A DNA stretch of 64,000 bases from the human T2T-CHM13v2.0 reference genome, Homo sapiens, in NCBI RefSeq assembly GCF_009914755.1, contig NC_060942.1. One strand, 5' to 3'. Shown here piece by piece: positions 16,364 to 34,180 of the stretch. The position numbers and the translations under genes were made by a program. Position 1 is the stretch's first letter. The number at the start of each line of letters is the position of its first letter. The notes beneath the pieces were generated by a model. It worked only from the letters and a program-made list of their open reading frames with translations, had not been told where the DNA came from and did not search any database.

Positions 16364-19300
16364 CTACAAGAAACAAAAATTAGATGAGATGTTAACACTA
16401 AATTTGTGATCTATTGACAAAGAAATAACAGTCGTAACAAAAATGACACTACTCACTTGTATGCCAGATTTCATATCATTAGCCTTATTAATTTTCAACC
16501 TAACAGTCTCATGCTACCATTGTTTCTACGCATTTCCACACACGGACCTCCCGAGACTATTCTCCTTTGTATCTGAGAGGCTGCTCCAGCCAGGGCCTGA
16601 GGCATTCCCTTTCCTTTCTCAGCAACCTGGATAGTACTGACTGCCATTAGGGACTTTTTCCCCAAAGTTCAGGATCAGCACAGAATCACCAAAGAACCCT
16701 GACCTCCTGCCCAAGACCCTTTGGAACCTGCGGCTACTGCATCCACTTTGGCCATAGCAGCCAAACAGAAAAAACAAACATCATCCCCGGGAGAAACCAG
16801 AGATTCATCTTCCAACAGAACCAATGTAATAAATTAGTGAGAGCTACATTTTGTAAGGAACTATTATTACCAGAATAGTATGGTTCGGACACATGCTAGA
16901 TTAAATAAACTCTGGCAAGTCTGCCTGAGCCTAGCCCATTTATAACATTACTTCTACGGAAAAATCCCTTCAATGACTCAATATAACTAACTGGAACATG
17001 CAATCAAGTTCTACAAAGTTCAAAGCACAGAAAAGGGTTTTACTCTTGTTCCTCAACCTCAATTCACTATTCAAATCACAATCAAAAGGTCTGCAAGGAG
17101 TTCTCCAGAAAGGCTCAAAGGAGAGGAAGTACAGCTAAAGCCAGGGGTGGCTTTATTGCCTTGGCCCCATCCCCAACTTTTCCACTAATAAAAACCAAAT
17201 CCCCCCCTTCAGTCCTAATGTCAGATTTTACTTCCAGCTACTGAATACACCCCCACATTTTATTCATTAGATGCTGACACCCCTAATATTATGCCAAAGC
17301 ACAATTCAGTGAAAGCCATTCTGGGGACTGGAATGACAGAGAGTAACCAAGAGCCCCTCCAATGCTCCAGCTAATTCAGAGGCCAACTTTCACCCAACCA
17401 CAGGACTGACTGACTGCTCTCCAGGCTGTCTGCCATAAGCAGCTCGTGGTTTCTCTACACCCAGCTTGGAGGCTGCCTTGAGCTTAAAGGTCCATGCTCT
17501 GAAAAGTTTCAGAGAGCATGTTCTGTGTTGCCAAGTGAGTCCAAAACTGAACTGGGAGAAAGAATGCTGTCTTCTTGGGAAAACTCAGGGGCCTCCAGGA
17601 TATCTGCCTGCACAGAAATTCACTCTGCTCTTCACAGATGAGTGGCCACGGCAGAGCCCTGATTCTAAATTGTTTCCTGTTCCTACACGCGGGTGAATGT
17701 GTAATCAAGGCCCATCAGTTCTACACCATGAAGCATCGCCATGATAATTTTACCCTGGAAGAAATTTTTAAAATATTTTAAAACTAATGTTACCAAGGCC
17801 CTTAAATGCACCCATAGAAAAGCTGGAAAACGCTTGTGCTGCAAAACTTACTCCTAAATAACAAAATAAGATGACATCCTTTATGTGATATCAAACAATT
17901 ATAATCTGGTGATGGTTTTGGAATAATTGATTTGACCTCAATAGCTAAACCAAATTAAGCATGTATCAAGTGCTCAATAATCATTTATTGAATGAATGAA
18001 CAAATGAACTAGTAATAAATGAGACTAAAAAAATAAGAAACATAAAAAAAAAGTGTGGGGAGGAAATAGTGTTTCATCAAAATATTCATATAACATCCCA
18101 TTATGTTTTTAATAATTAAATTCCTATTTTGAGGTCACTGTAGATTCACATGTGGTTCTAAAAAATAACACAGCTAGATCTCATGCATCCTTTTCATATT
18201 CTGTAGGTAATGCATATTCACAACATGCTTTTTACCTACATGGCACACACATGAATTAAACAGCATCCAAGCAGTCAATCTTGGTATTACTGCTTGAATG
18301 GTGGTGGCAATGTTAAAATGAATTTTATTACAAGAAAAAAAAAACATGTTAGACCTTTTCTTAAAATAAACAAAAAAATGCTAACTTTTAAGCATTGACA
18401 TTCAGCCACAAACAAGTCTTATAAACATAAATGTGTAACAAGCTTCCATCAACTACAGCATAAAATTCATAATTAAGTGTAACCGTACCTATTCAAGATT
18501 ATTTTAACTACCATGGTTAAGGGATGTGCTGTTATATGGGAAAACCTAATGTGTAAATGCCAGTTGCTAAATGTAGAAAAATACAGGTTGTCAAATAACT
18601 GGTTTTCTCTTGACAGATAATGAAACAATGACATTTATATTGTGAAGGCTGGTAAAACAAAAGTAAAGGGAGGCCTGTAGCTTAACATGCTACACCCTGG
18701 GTATGATGAGCAGCTGTCTGCTAGAAGGGTCACCCCAACAGAGCTGGGGAAAGAGGCTTCCTCACCGTTAGTTACGTCTGGAGGAAATGCAGTTGTTCGT
18801 CATAGGCATGAGGGATATGTTAAACAGCCTGCTCTTGAAGCAGAATCTAGTGCCATATACCTTATTCCTACATGCTAGCCCAGCATAGCTACACAATAAG
18901 AACCAAGTCAGACCTGTCCTGGTCAACACCTGGGAAAGCCACACTCTGAACCAGCAGCAGAAAAGATACACAATGATGTAACCCAAATGTTTAAAAAATA
19001 TAGCAAAATAACACACTATAAACTATTCCTCCTATTTTATCATGAATGATGAGGGAAAATGTGGGAGGACAAAATAAATAATGGAGAGTGACAGAGACCA
19101 AAGGAGAGCCATGCAGAAAGAAACAAACAAGAAGTCACAGAGAAAAAAGAGCAAAAGCAAAGACAGAATATTTAACCAGAAAGGCAGGCTCATTTGGAGA
19201 TGCCCACACAGAAAGCAAAATGTGGAAATGAAAAATGGTCACAGAGCAGCATCCCTATCTTGAGGCTTACGGGCATAAATAAAAATATTAAAGTGCACTT

Positions 19301-19512
19301 GCTGATTCTTGGAACAAGAAGAATACATCCAGCCCATTCTTTTAACAAATACCAAAATGCTTCTAACACATCTCTGAAATACTCTAACAATAATCACACT
19401 GGAAACAACTCTTTTTTTGAAAGCTCGTAACATCCCAAATTCTTAAACTTATACATTATTATCTCAGAACTACTTTAGAGGTGGTATTATTTCTATTTTT
19501 AAAGACAATTAA

Positions 19513-20197
<685 letters not shown>

Positions 20198-20959
20198 AGT
20201 CTCTTCTTAAACATCGCATGCTATGCTGCATTTCAGTTTTGGGATCGTTACAGTTGACAGAGACTCACTACTTTACCAAGAAGTCCATAAAAATGTCAGA
20301 GAACTATTATGTCCACTAGAAATCACACTGAATATTACCACGCTCTTCCAAATGAAACCACAACACACCAAAGAATTTATCAGAGTCTCTTCTATTCTAG
20401 GCTAAGCATTCTTGTTCCTTAAAATATGTGAACTGATTGGGTCTACTCTGACTCTTATGACAATTATTTATGTCCATCTTTAAAAACGATATTTAAAGAC
20501 AGCTAGACACAATGGCTCAGATGTGGCCTGACTGCTACACAGTGTATGTAATATACAGTGTGCTGTTTAGGCCTAGGTACCTTCCCATGGGCTAGATTAA
20601 GTATTGGGAGCTCCGAAGGAAAAGAAGTACTTATTGATTACTCAAATAAAAAAGTGAAGAAAAAAAAAAGCAGTAGAAAATAAGCAACTACAATACTTAT
20701 TAGAGACCAAATGGCCCTTCGCATATAAAATTCAATACGCCAAATTAGTCCTTCATGCATAAAATTTGACAGTGCCCACTATCATATTTTTCTTATCAAA
20801 TATTTTAAGGTATAAAAGGACACACACTGGAATGAATGGTAGCTTTCAAGATTTCGTTATTCACCAAAAGTTTGAAGATCAGCTTAGCATCTTTTGCTGA
20901 GCATCAAAGAAACTAAAATGAATAATCACTATATGGAGTATGGATTTATAAATAAAATG

Positions 20960-21298
<339 letters not shown>

Positions 21299-21375
21299 CT
21301 ACAAAAACTGCTTAAAATTATTTCAATTATTTGATGTGTTCAATCAAAAATAACTTTTGTTAAGGAAAAGAGTAA

Positions 21376-21750
<375 letters not shown>

Positions 21751-24700
21751 TCAAAATGGATACATTCTAAACCACTATTTTAAGTGTTTCAAAATCTGTT
21801 TCTTAAGTTTATCTCCAAATATCTAATCGGTACTAGTATTGTTAGTACTACTACCAACGAACACACAACTAAACTTGTTACACGTCTCTCATGTGTCAAG
21901 TGCTATGTTAACCTGTATGTTATCTCATGTAGTCTTCACAGATACCCATGGATTTGGTATTCCCATTTATATGTGGAAACTCGGGTTCAGAAATATCCAA
22001 GGTCAGCACACTATTAAGTGGCAGAGTTAATATTCAAACTCAAGTATGAGCCTAGAACCTAAGCCCTTAATTGCATCTCTAAGTAACAGAAATGCTCTAA
22101 GTAAACATGATAAAAGCCTTCATGAAGCCTCCAGATTTCTTACTCCAAGTGGGCTGCTTTCAGCAATCTGAGTATCATTTTTACTTAATGCGACTTGACT
22201 ACTTAAAGATGAAATGATTACAGGGAATCCAAAGAAGCCATACTTACCCTCCAAGTCTCCTCACACCACTACTATTAACCCTCCCGCTGGACCATGGTCC
22301 AGTGTTACAAAGCAGACTCCTGGGAGCGCCACATGTCATGAGGCTTACGGACAGAGGTTAAAACAGCTTTTACCAAAGAACATGCCATTGCAGCTAACTT
22401 TCTGCTCATGGACATGAGGAGTATGCTAGGAGGGAAGAGAGACACCAGATGCTTCAGGAAATAGACAACAGGACACTGTTACCTAGGATGTAGGTAAACA
22501 TTCCAGCTTGCCCCTGTGCTCCTGGACCAAACTCCTTCAGGACACCCATGATTACGGTTTGCATTTGATTAGCATGTAATATTTTTCAAGAACTTCCTCA
22601 AACATACCTCATTTGATTTTCAAAAAGAGAATGTGGGTTATGCTAGCAGGCATTATTAATTTCATTTTAAATTTGAGATTGAGATAAGAGGTGTCTACTA
22701 TTCACTAGAACCCAGTTCTACCTATACTCAGGGTCCCAACTTTCTCCACTACCTCTGACCCATGGCTTAAATCATTGGGTCTCAAGGTCATGTGGTGTCC
22801 CTGAGGGCAAAAAAAATCTGAGGGCTGAACTCAGGTTATACTAAATCCCTATGGTTTTCTCAAAGAATCCCAGAGTAACCTAGAGGTGGCCAATATGAAT
22901 CTGGGGGGGATTCTGGATGGTAAAAACTTCCCCCCAAAAGTAAGTGATGAAACGCAAAGGTACCCACGCAGCAGCTGCCGCAAGCTTCTCCCCGGTCAGG
23001 GAGGGCAGGGGGTGACAGTCCCCCAGGGGCTTGCCCACATCGTGTAGGTGCTTAACTGAGTCAACATTTTACAAAACATTTACAGTGTGCCCACCAGATG
23101 CTAAGGGATTACAAAGAACGAAAGGAGGTTACAACTTAGCTAGACAGAAGAAAGGAAGAGTATACAACACAGCGCAGTCTAGGGTAAGTTGAAAGCAGGG
23201 CCACAGACTCCCGACGCCAAGCCCTGACGGGGAATCCAGCCTTTCCGAGGGAAGCTGTTCTCAGACATTTAAATTCAAGCAAATGCCTTACTTTGTACTT
23301 CCTGGTTATTTCTTTTCCCCGTCATAGTAGAATGCCAATTTGTTTCTTTAGTTTTGTATTATTTTATATTAGCTATCTTTAAATTCTCACTTTATAAAAC
23401 AAGAAATAGAAAATAGCAGCCGCACAAGAACAACCTGGCCTACCCCCCAGGAGCACAAAACAGATGGTTCATTAAAGCCCATGCGGTCTTCCTGAAGCTA
23501 AGATGGCCCATGAGAAGTGCTGACAGCTGAGCCTCTAACACTCACCGCTCCTAGACCTTCAGTGGAGAAAGAGCCCCAAATGTCTCCTCAAGAACACAGC
23601 GGGTCTCCTGCTGCCCCAGCAGTGTAGGGCGACTGGTCAAAGTGTTCTCCTTCATTTCTAGGACGATTTAGTCCCTGTACAGACTCTGTAAACGAAAACC
23701 CAGTGCCTCCCAGCAAACTTCCTGAATACACCGAGTATCCAGACAGCTTTTTCATCACAATGAAAAAGGAAATCTGGAAGAAGCCTTACCCGGGAAAGGC
23801 CTCTCGATGTAATCCTCCTACAGGTTTAACTCAGAAACAATCACAAAAAAAGATGCCCATTATACTGGCCTGTTTCTGGTACAGTTCAGTTTTCACACAG
23901 TCAAAATTAAGCACCTATTTCATGCCAGTCACTACAGTAAGTCCTTATGAAGATAAACAAAATTCTGCCCTCATCCTCTCTCAGAGGACCTTGGTTCTTG
24001 AAAGAGATATAACAAATACTGTCTTATATAATCCCTTATGATAATGCTATTTGGGAGACTGTTAGGAAGACTAGAGAACAAAAAGAGAAAAAATCTACTT
24101 GGGAGAGTTAGGTAAGGCTTCAAGCAGCAGAAAATATTTGTTCTAGAAGTGGAAGTATGTGTAAAGGGCTGAACAGATTAAGGAAGGAAGGTTCCCAGTG
24201 GGCAGTCCCAGGCAGAGAGAACAGCTTATGGGAAAGTGTGCTAAGTTTGAGGGACAAGAGTGAGATGCCACAAGGCCTTTGACCCTGTGCAAGTTTATCA
24301 TGTGGGCAATGGGTGCAATCAGTGCTTCTTCTGTTCAGGGAAGCGACAGGATTAGGTCACAGGGGGAGGATGAACTAGAGAAGAGGTAGCTAAAGGCAGA
24401 GAGACTACTCCAGAAGTCACCACAACAAATTCAGGCAAGAGACTGCACAGCTCTATGGTAGAAGAGACACACACAGGGAGCTGAGAATCAGTTAGTCTTG
24501 ATGACTGTTGCATGAACCAACTTAGAGATATGGAAATAAAAAGAGTAGACCTGGTGGGGAACTTCCTATCAAGGTTGAACTTAAAGAACACTACTTACTA
24601 CCACACTGCTTCAAAAGTTTGTGTACATGAAAATCATTCTGGGTGGTTTTAAAAAATGCAAATTTCTGACTGTTTTAAAGCTTAAGAACTAATTATGAAG

Positions 24701-25112
24701 ATGAGCCAGGTTAGGGAAGCATAGTTCCATGTAAAAGTAAGAGCTCTTGCTACTTTGTGCTACTTCCAAAATCAGTTCAACAGAAAACTGACTACACAAA
24801 GGCTCTGAGCCTTGGGAATTGTCCTGTCCTTTGTCTTTTACAGAGAAAAAGTACAGGGGAGTTTTTGAATCGTTCTGAGCTGGTGTTGGGCCTCAGAGGA
24901 CTCCCTCCTGAGAGAATGAGATTTAGCCAGGATGAGGTGTGCTTTGGAGGATCTGAGGTTCTAGTCAATTCCCCGTAGATCACAAACTCTGTCTTTCTAA
25001 ATCAGAGCAACCCCATCACCTCCACTGTTTGAAGTCGCAGTCAGGGAGGTTTTTATATCTAACTTCTTTTTCCCCACTAAATGAGGAAAACTGGCAAGGA
25101 GCACACTCTAGG

Positions 25113-25330
25113 TCAGTATTTCTCAAAGAGTGGTCCTTGGACTGCCTGCAATAGAAGCAAGTTTTGGTGCTTAAGAATGTAGGTTCATTCATGAAAAATA
25201 CGGGAAAGGGGGATAAAAACAAATACACGCTCATGAACCCCAACCCAGACCTACTACATAAAAAGCTGGAAATGAGGTCTTAAAAATCTGTTACCCACGA
25301 TTCTGACAGACACCCAAGTTTGGGAACTAA
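25113..25330. mobile_element. MER5-like hAT DNA transposon relic
   Basis: cagtatttctcaaagagtggtcc...cccaacccagacctact...aagtttgggaac. Confidence 0.55.
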
Positions 25331-27280
25331 CTCTAGGCTCTGTTGCAAGAACTTTCTCCTCTTAAGCCTGATTAAGTTTGTTATGAAGACTAAGTTGTTA
25401 TGGGCTCAAGTTCACATCCTGTCGTATAAAGATGTCAAGGTCTGATAAGTGTGGATCAGAAGTGGAAGCAATAGATAGTAATAGAATTTTAGACATTTTA
25501 ATGACAGCTGACCTGACTGTTTTATGATACTTAAATTCTAGAACTGGCAGTGCTTCTGTGAAAAAACTCAGAAATTCTGGCCTGGGAAGACTGCTTGCCT
25601 AAGGACCCCTTCCACAATTACAACCAAATATTACTCAATATCAACCTTTGGGATACGTAAGAAGAGGGGATTTTCTGATTCAATATTTCTGTTTGGGAAT
25701 TTAAACAGACACATAATGCAATGGCTAGATCTGAAGGTAAAAACAGGGCTCCCTGGATTTCAATGATTTCAGTGCTCAGAGAGGCACCGAAACACAAGGG
25801 TGGGCCCCCAGTAGCCATGTCTATAATACGGGACCCAGGTCTTGGTATCTGCTGGCTGACAGGGGTGGGAAACATCTGGCCCAAACAGATATTCATGAAA
25901 CGTATATGGAGAGCCAAGGCCACCCAAGACTGGGAGGGCTGGGCTACCTGAGATGGGATGCAGAAGGCCCACCAGCTTGGAACACTGACACCCCAGGTGG
26001 CCCTGGCTCTTGCCCTCTTGGCATCTCTCTGAACGATGAGCCAGTCATAAGTTTCTTTGCGTGGTTGTTCAGAGTCCATTTCCAATGTTGCCAACAGAGG
26101 ACTTAAATCAGACAGGCTAGATCCTGACTGGATAAAGCCACCTGGAGCCCTAAAACACCCTCCTGCAAATATCAGCCTGGCAAAACTAGCAAGAACATGC
26201 TTCAAACATAACCCAGATAACACTTTATGCTACTTAACAACTTAATCTGTTGAGAAAAAAATTTTTAATTTTTTAAAAATGAGAAAATATGAAGCTGGCC
26301 TTAAGCTTAGTTCTCAGGGCTGATAAGTTTTAAATTAGGATTTTTGGATCTGTCACCATGTTATTTCCTTTGAGGGAATCTGAAAGCTCAGACTTCTGCT
26401 CACTGAGTTCACTTCACTATGATGATTTCAACACACTCACTTTCTATAAACAGATGAACTGCTTTGTTGGACTGAGTAGGGCTCAGAAAAGGGAAGACGC
26501 TTTCCCAGTATAGCAATGCACCCTCTCTCCGAGTGGCGGCCCAGACCTTTACTCAACGACAGTGTCTACTTCAGCTTTTCAGCAGGTATAACTTAAGGAA
26601 GGACCATAAACATCACCTATTTCATCTTCAAAAATTACCAGCCCCCATCTTCTACCCACCCCAGTCATCAGCCCAATAATTTTCTGGACAATTCTTCAAA
26701 AGCCAATACCAGTTTTCATCTTAATCTGGTATTTCGTAAGAGGAGCAAGGATGTTTCAGGTTCCCTGGGTAAGGAGGAAGTGGGATCAAAAAGGAACGTA
26801 CATCCACAACAGATTGTGAATCCCCAGAGCACAAAGGCAAAGATCAAAAAGATGATAGGGGAGGATGTGTGGGCTCAGCGGCTGAGAAGAAAGCAGAGGT
26901 CACAAGATGGGATCTGTTGCTGTGAGTGCCCAAGGCCCCCTGCCCTCTCCCTACCACAGCACCCACCACGCGGCATGAACATTTAGGCTACCTTCAAACT
27001 CTTGAGTTCCGGTAAGGAAGAGAAAAGTCCCGCAAGCTTCACTGCTTCCTGAAAGCTTGGCACAGTGCCTAGCAATAGTAGGTTCTTAATAAGTGGTTTT
27101 GGATCAATGAATGGACCAATGAATAAATGAATGAATGAATGCAAGACCTAGTGAACAGAATCAGCAAGGAGAGGGAGAAATATACACAGTGTTGCGTTTT
27201 ATCTCACTGACTTAGAGTAAAATTCAAGAGGTAAGTGAAGATACATATAACCATGCACTGGAAAAAAAAAAAAAAAAACA

Positions 27281-27600
27281 GGCTGGGTGCGGTGGCTCAC
27301 GACTGTAATCCCAGCACTTTGGGAGGCCGAGGCGGGGGGTGGATCACCTGAGGTCAGGGGTTTGAGACCAGCCTGGCCAACATGGTGAAACTCTCTACTA
27401 AAAACACAAAAATTAGCCAGGCATGGTGGTGGGCACCTGTAATCCCAGCTACTCAGGAGGCCGAGACACGAGAATCGCTTGAACCCAGGAGGTGGAGGTT
27501 GCAGTGAGCCAAGATCGCGCCACTGCATTACAGCCTGGGCGACAGAGTGAAACTCCATATCAAAAACAAAACAAAACAAAAAAACAAAAACAAAGAAAAG
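27281..27600 (+). mobile_element. AluS
   Basis: Full dimer with (AAAAC)n tail. Confidence 0.9.
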
Positions 27601-28729
27601 AAATCCATGGTGGAAGTTAACCCAAAGTCCCAAAAGCAATGCCCATGTGTTCAGACCAATACTTTCCTCCAGAAGCTGCTGAAGACCTCACAGAGAAAAA
27701 CTTGCATAAATCTAGTCTATGTCAGTGACAAAAATGACACCGCCTCAGGATGGGTAAATCTAAAAATATCCCCGTGAGAACAAATGACAGCCAAGTAGAT
27801 CATTCTGGAGAATACTGAGCAGCGCAGCAGCAACTCGCGGCAGAGACTGCTGGTCATCAGAGGAAGTCAGTGTGAAGTCAGCCGAGGCAGGGGCAAGGGT
27901 GCCGTAACTGCATTATTACAGAAAACAAAGTGAAACACAACCACAAAGTTATCCATCTTCTACTAGTCAGCTGACTTTTACGAAAATGCCCAATATAATT
28001 ATGCTACAGAGCACAGCCTTTAAGGAAAATGGCTGGAAACAATAGTTTAATTTTCCTGTGCTCAATAATGTACCAGAACATTAATTTTCTTCAGAAATAG
28101 AACCTGGTACAGAGCAAGAAAAACTAGTGTTCAATTTTATCGTTAAATTTCAAAATAACATGTGTGGCTTAAGGAGATCCTAAAACGGTAAGCAGCACCC
28201 TCAAAAGGGGGCCCCAACTCCCTTCCTCAGCCCCGACAACATTCACATGGCCAAACTTGTTTCAAACTATCATAGCTCTGTAAAACTAAATGGTTCCTGT
28301 TCCCACATTTCTCTTTAATGCTTCTCCCTTCATTTCCCAAAATGAAAATAAAACCTTGTCATGAAACTTTCTGATAATTTAATTCTTGTCTGTTCCCATC
28401 AAGGCTAAAATATGCCCAGTTTTGACCTCTGTACATGAGGTGACAGATGCTGTTACAGGGAACATTTAACCTGACTGGCAAATAGAGAGAAATGCAAGAA
28501 GTAAAATCATTAAGAACTGTAATCAGTTCAACATTCTGTTTATAATTAATAATGAAAGATATTAAACTATTACTTAAGTTAACCTTTGTGTAATGGTTAT
28601 ACCTATCAGCACAGAAAAAATTCCAGCTAAATGTTCATGCCAATTTAGCTATGAAGTTTTAAGATTACAAATAGCTGTACCTTGAACTATTCAAAATAGA
28701 TTTTTCTTAAAACAAAAAAAAAAGCATAC

Positions 28730-29560
28730 ACTTTACAGGCAGGAAAATTAACCCTTTTGTAGTGTACAGTTGTTAGCTGTGACCACACATTGCTGTAGCC
28801 ACCACTATAATCAAGATACAGATCAATCAGACTGCTCTCCAAAATGCCCAAACCCATCTGGAGTCAATCCCTCTTCCCCACCCATGCCAATCACTGATCT
28901 GCTTTCTGTCCCTAGTCTTGCCATCTCTGGAATATCATATAAATAGAACCATACAGTATGTACCTTTGGATTCTGGCTTCTTTAGCTTAGCACAGTCCAT
29001 GTGACATTAATCAATACTGCTGCATGTATCAGTAGTCTGTTCCCTGTTAAGTAGTACCCCACTGCATGGATGTATCAAATGTTTATCCATTCACTAGCTA
29101 GAAGATATCTGGGTTGTTTCCAGGTTTCGGCAATTACAAATAAAACTACAGGTTGAGTATCCCCCTTATCCAAAATGCTCAGGACCAGAAATGTTTTGAA
29201 TTTTGGATATTTTCAGATTTTGGAATATTTGCATATACATAATGACCCAAGTCCAAACATAAAATTCATTTATGTTTCATATACACCTTAAACACATAGG
29301 CTGAAGGTAATTATAGAAAATATTTTCAATTAATTTTGCACACGAAACAAAGCTTTAACTGCATCTTGGCTGGGACCTATCACCAGGGCAAGTGTGGAAT
29401 TTTCCACTTGTGGCATCAGAGAGTTTTGGATTTTAGAGCATTTTGGATTTCAGATTTTTGGATTAGGGATGCTCATTCTGTACTATAAACATTTGTGTAC
29501 AGGCATTTGTGTGAACATAATTTCATTTTATTTGGATATTTTAAAACGGGATTGCTAAGA
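28730..29560 (-). mobile_element. Old L1 (L1M/L1ME-type) 3' fragment interrupted by a Tigger relic
   Basis: atatcatataaatagaaccatacagtatg...tttatccattcact...gggttgtttccagg..., the reverse complement of an L1 3' region. Confidence 0.7.
29149..29480. mobile_element. MER46C/Tigger4-like DNA transposon relic
   Basis: TIR caggttgagtatccc ... gggatgctcattctg, flanked by TA. Confidence 0.8.
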
Positions 29561-29595
29561 TATCTTTTTACAAAGTTGATTTTACTGGTATTGTT

Positions 29596-31134
<1,539 letters not shown>

Positions 31135-32420
31135 AAGCCTTTTATTATGAGTAGTCTTACAGATACGATTACGTTATGAACATAAAAGTGTGTTTTAAGG
31201 GGTATGTCCTTATCCTAAACCTTCTAAAAGAATTGTGTAGTAAACCTATTTTGGTGGCGACTATTGATAACCATAAGCAACTCTAAAATAAGCCAGGAAA
31301 TCTGATTATTTGGCTTAATTCCACATACAAAAGGCACACAATTTCAGCAGGTTGCTATAGAAGCCATGTGCAGTATTTTCAGGGTTGACTATCACTGACA
31401 TTGGTGGGATACAATTTTTTTGAATTTTATCCAAAATTCAAACACTCCAACTTTGAAACACTCCAACTCTATCGGAAGTTTTTTCTATTTACACACTGAC
31501 CTAGAAGTCAGGAATTTGTACGATTCTTCCACTATCCAAATTACAGCCCCAGACTGGAAACAAAGTAATATATTACTATAGGTTCTATGTCTAGGGAAGG
31601 ACATGTTAAACTTTGCTCATCCCCCTTATTTCCCATCTCATCCTCTCTCACCCATTAAAGAACTTTAGTTAATATCACAGTTAACATTAACACAATTAGG
31701 GAAGTTTAAAATGTCAAGTAATTACGTGTCCTAATTGTGTTAATGCCCTGGGGTGAAGGTCTCTCAACCTGTACCATATTGTATCCTAGTAAATGAGGGT
31801 AAGAACCAGCCAGATGGACTACCATTGCAACTCCTGTAGCTAAGGTGGCAGCTACTAAATTAACAAGCACATGCAGGCCCAAAGTTCACAGTCAGTACTC
31901 TCAGTAACTGGGGTTGAAGGGTTTCTTATCAAGAAGTCTGATAGAGCACCTGCTTTAGAAAGCAAGCTACACGTGGAAAAAAGAATGTAGGCTGCCTTAT
32001 CAAAAAGAAGATAACTCAAGGACTAAAATAAATTTGGTTTTAGTGGAATCGTAAGCCTGTCATTTGTCTGCGTGGATTGTTTACATGTTTTTTAAAATGT
32101 TTAACAGCTTCCCTGGGCATTCAACCCACTAAACATTTCCTGAGGTGTGCTCAATTTCTCTGACAAATGTTTATAAGCATACTGGCCATGAAACTGTACC
32201 ACTTCCCACGCAAAACAGGGGACTTACTTTACTAATGAGAGCTAGCTAGGAGTGACATAAAAATTCTTTTTAGTATAAGAAGAAATGATGATTAACCCAG
32301 TTATGGAAAATGATACTTCACCATGGAACAGACTGTTCATTAACAAAGAGTACTTAACTAAGCCGTAAGAGCCTTTGGATCCACAGATATACATCCAAAA
32401 GTCATCGTTCCCCAAGACTA

Positions 32421-32721
<301 letters not shown>

Positions 32722-32739
32722 TCATAAACACCTGGGAAA

Positions 32740-34180
<1,441 letters not shown>

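Noticed and set aside
23790-23817. Possible 28-nt minus-strand microexon (ctgtag|...CGG|gtaagg)
   Set aside because: The polypyrimidine tract is weak with a competing upstream AG, and such matches are expected by chance.
22950-27900. Scattered AP-1 (TGAGTCA at ~23057) and ETS (GAGGAAGT at ~27860) motifs in GC-richer patches
   Set aside because: Single 7-8-mers occur at chance frequency in 64 kb and cannot support an enhancer call without chromatin data.
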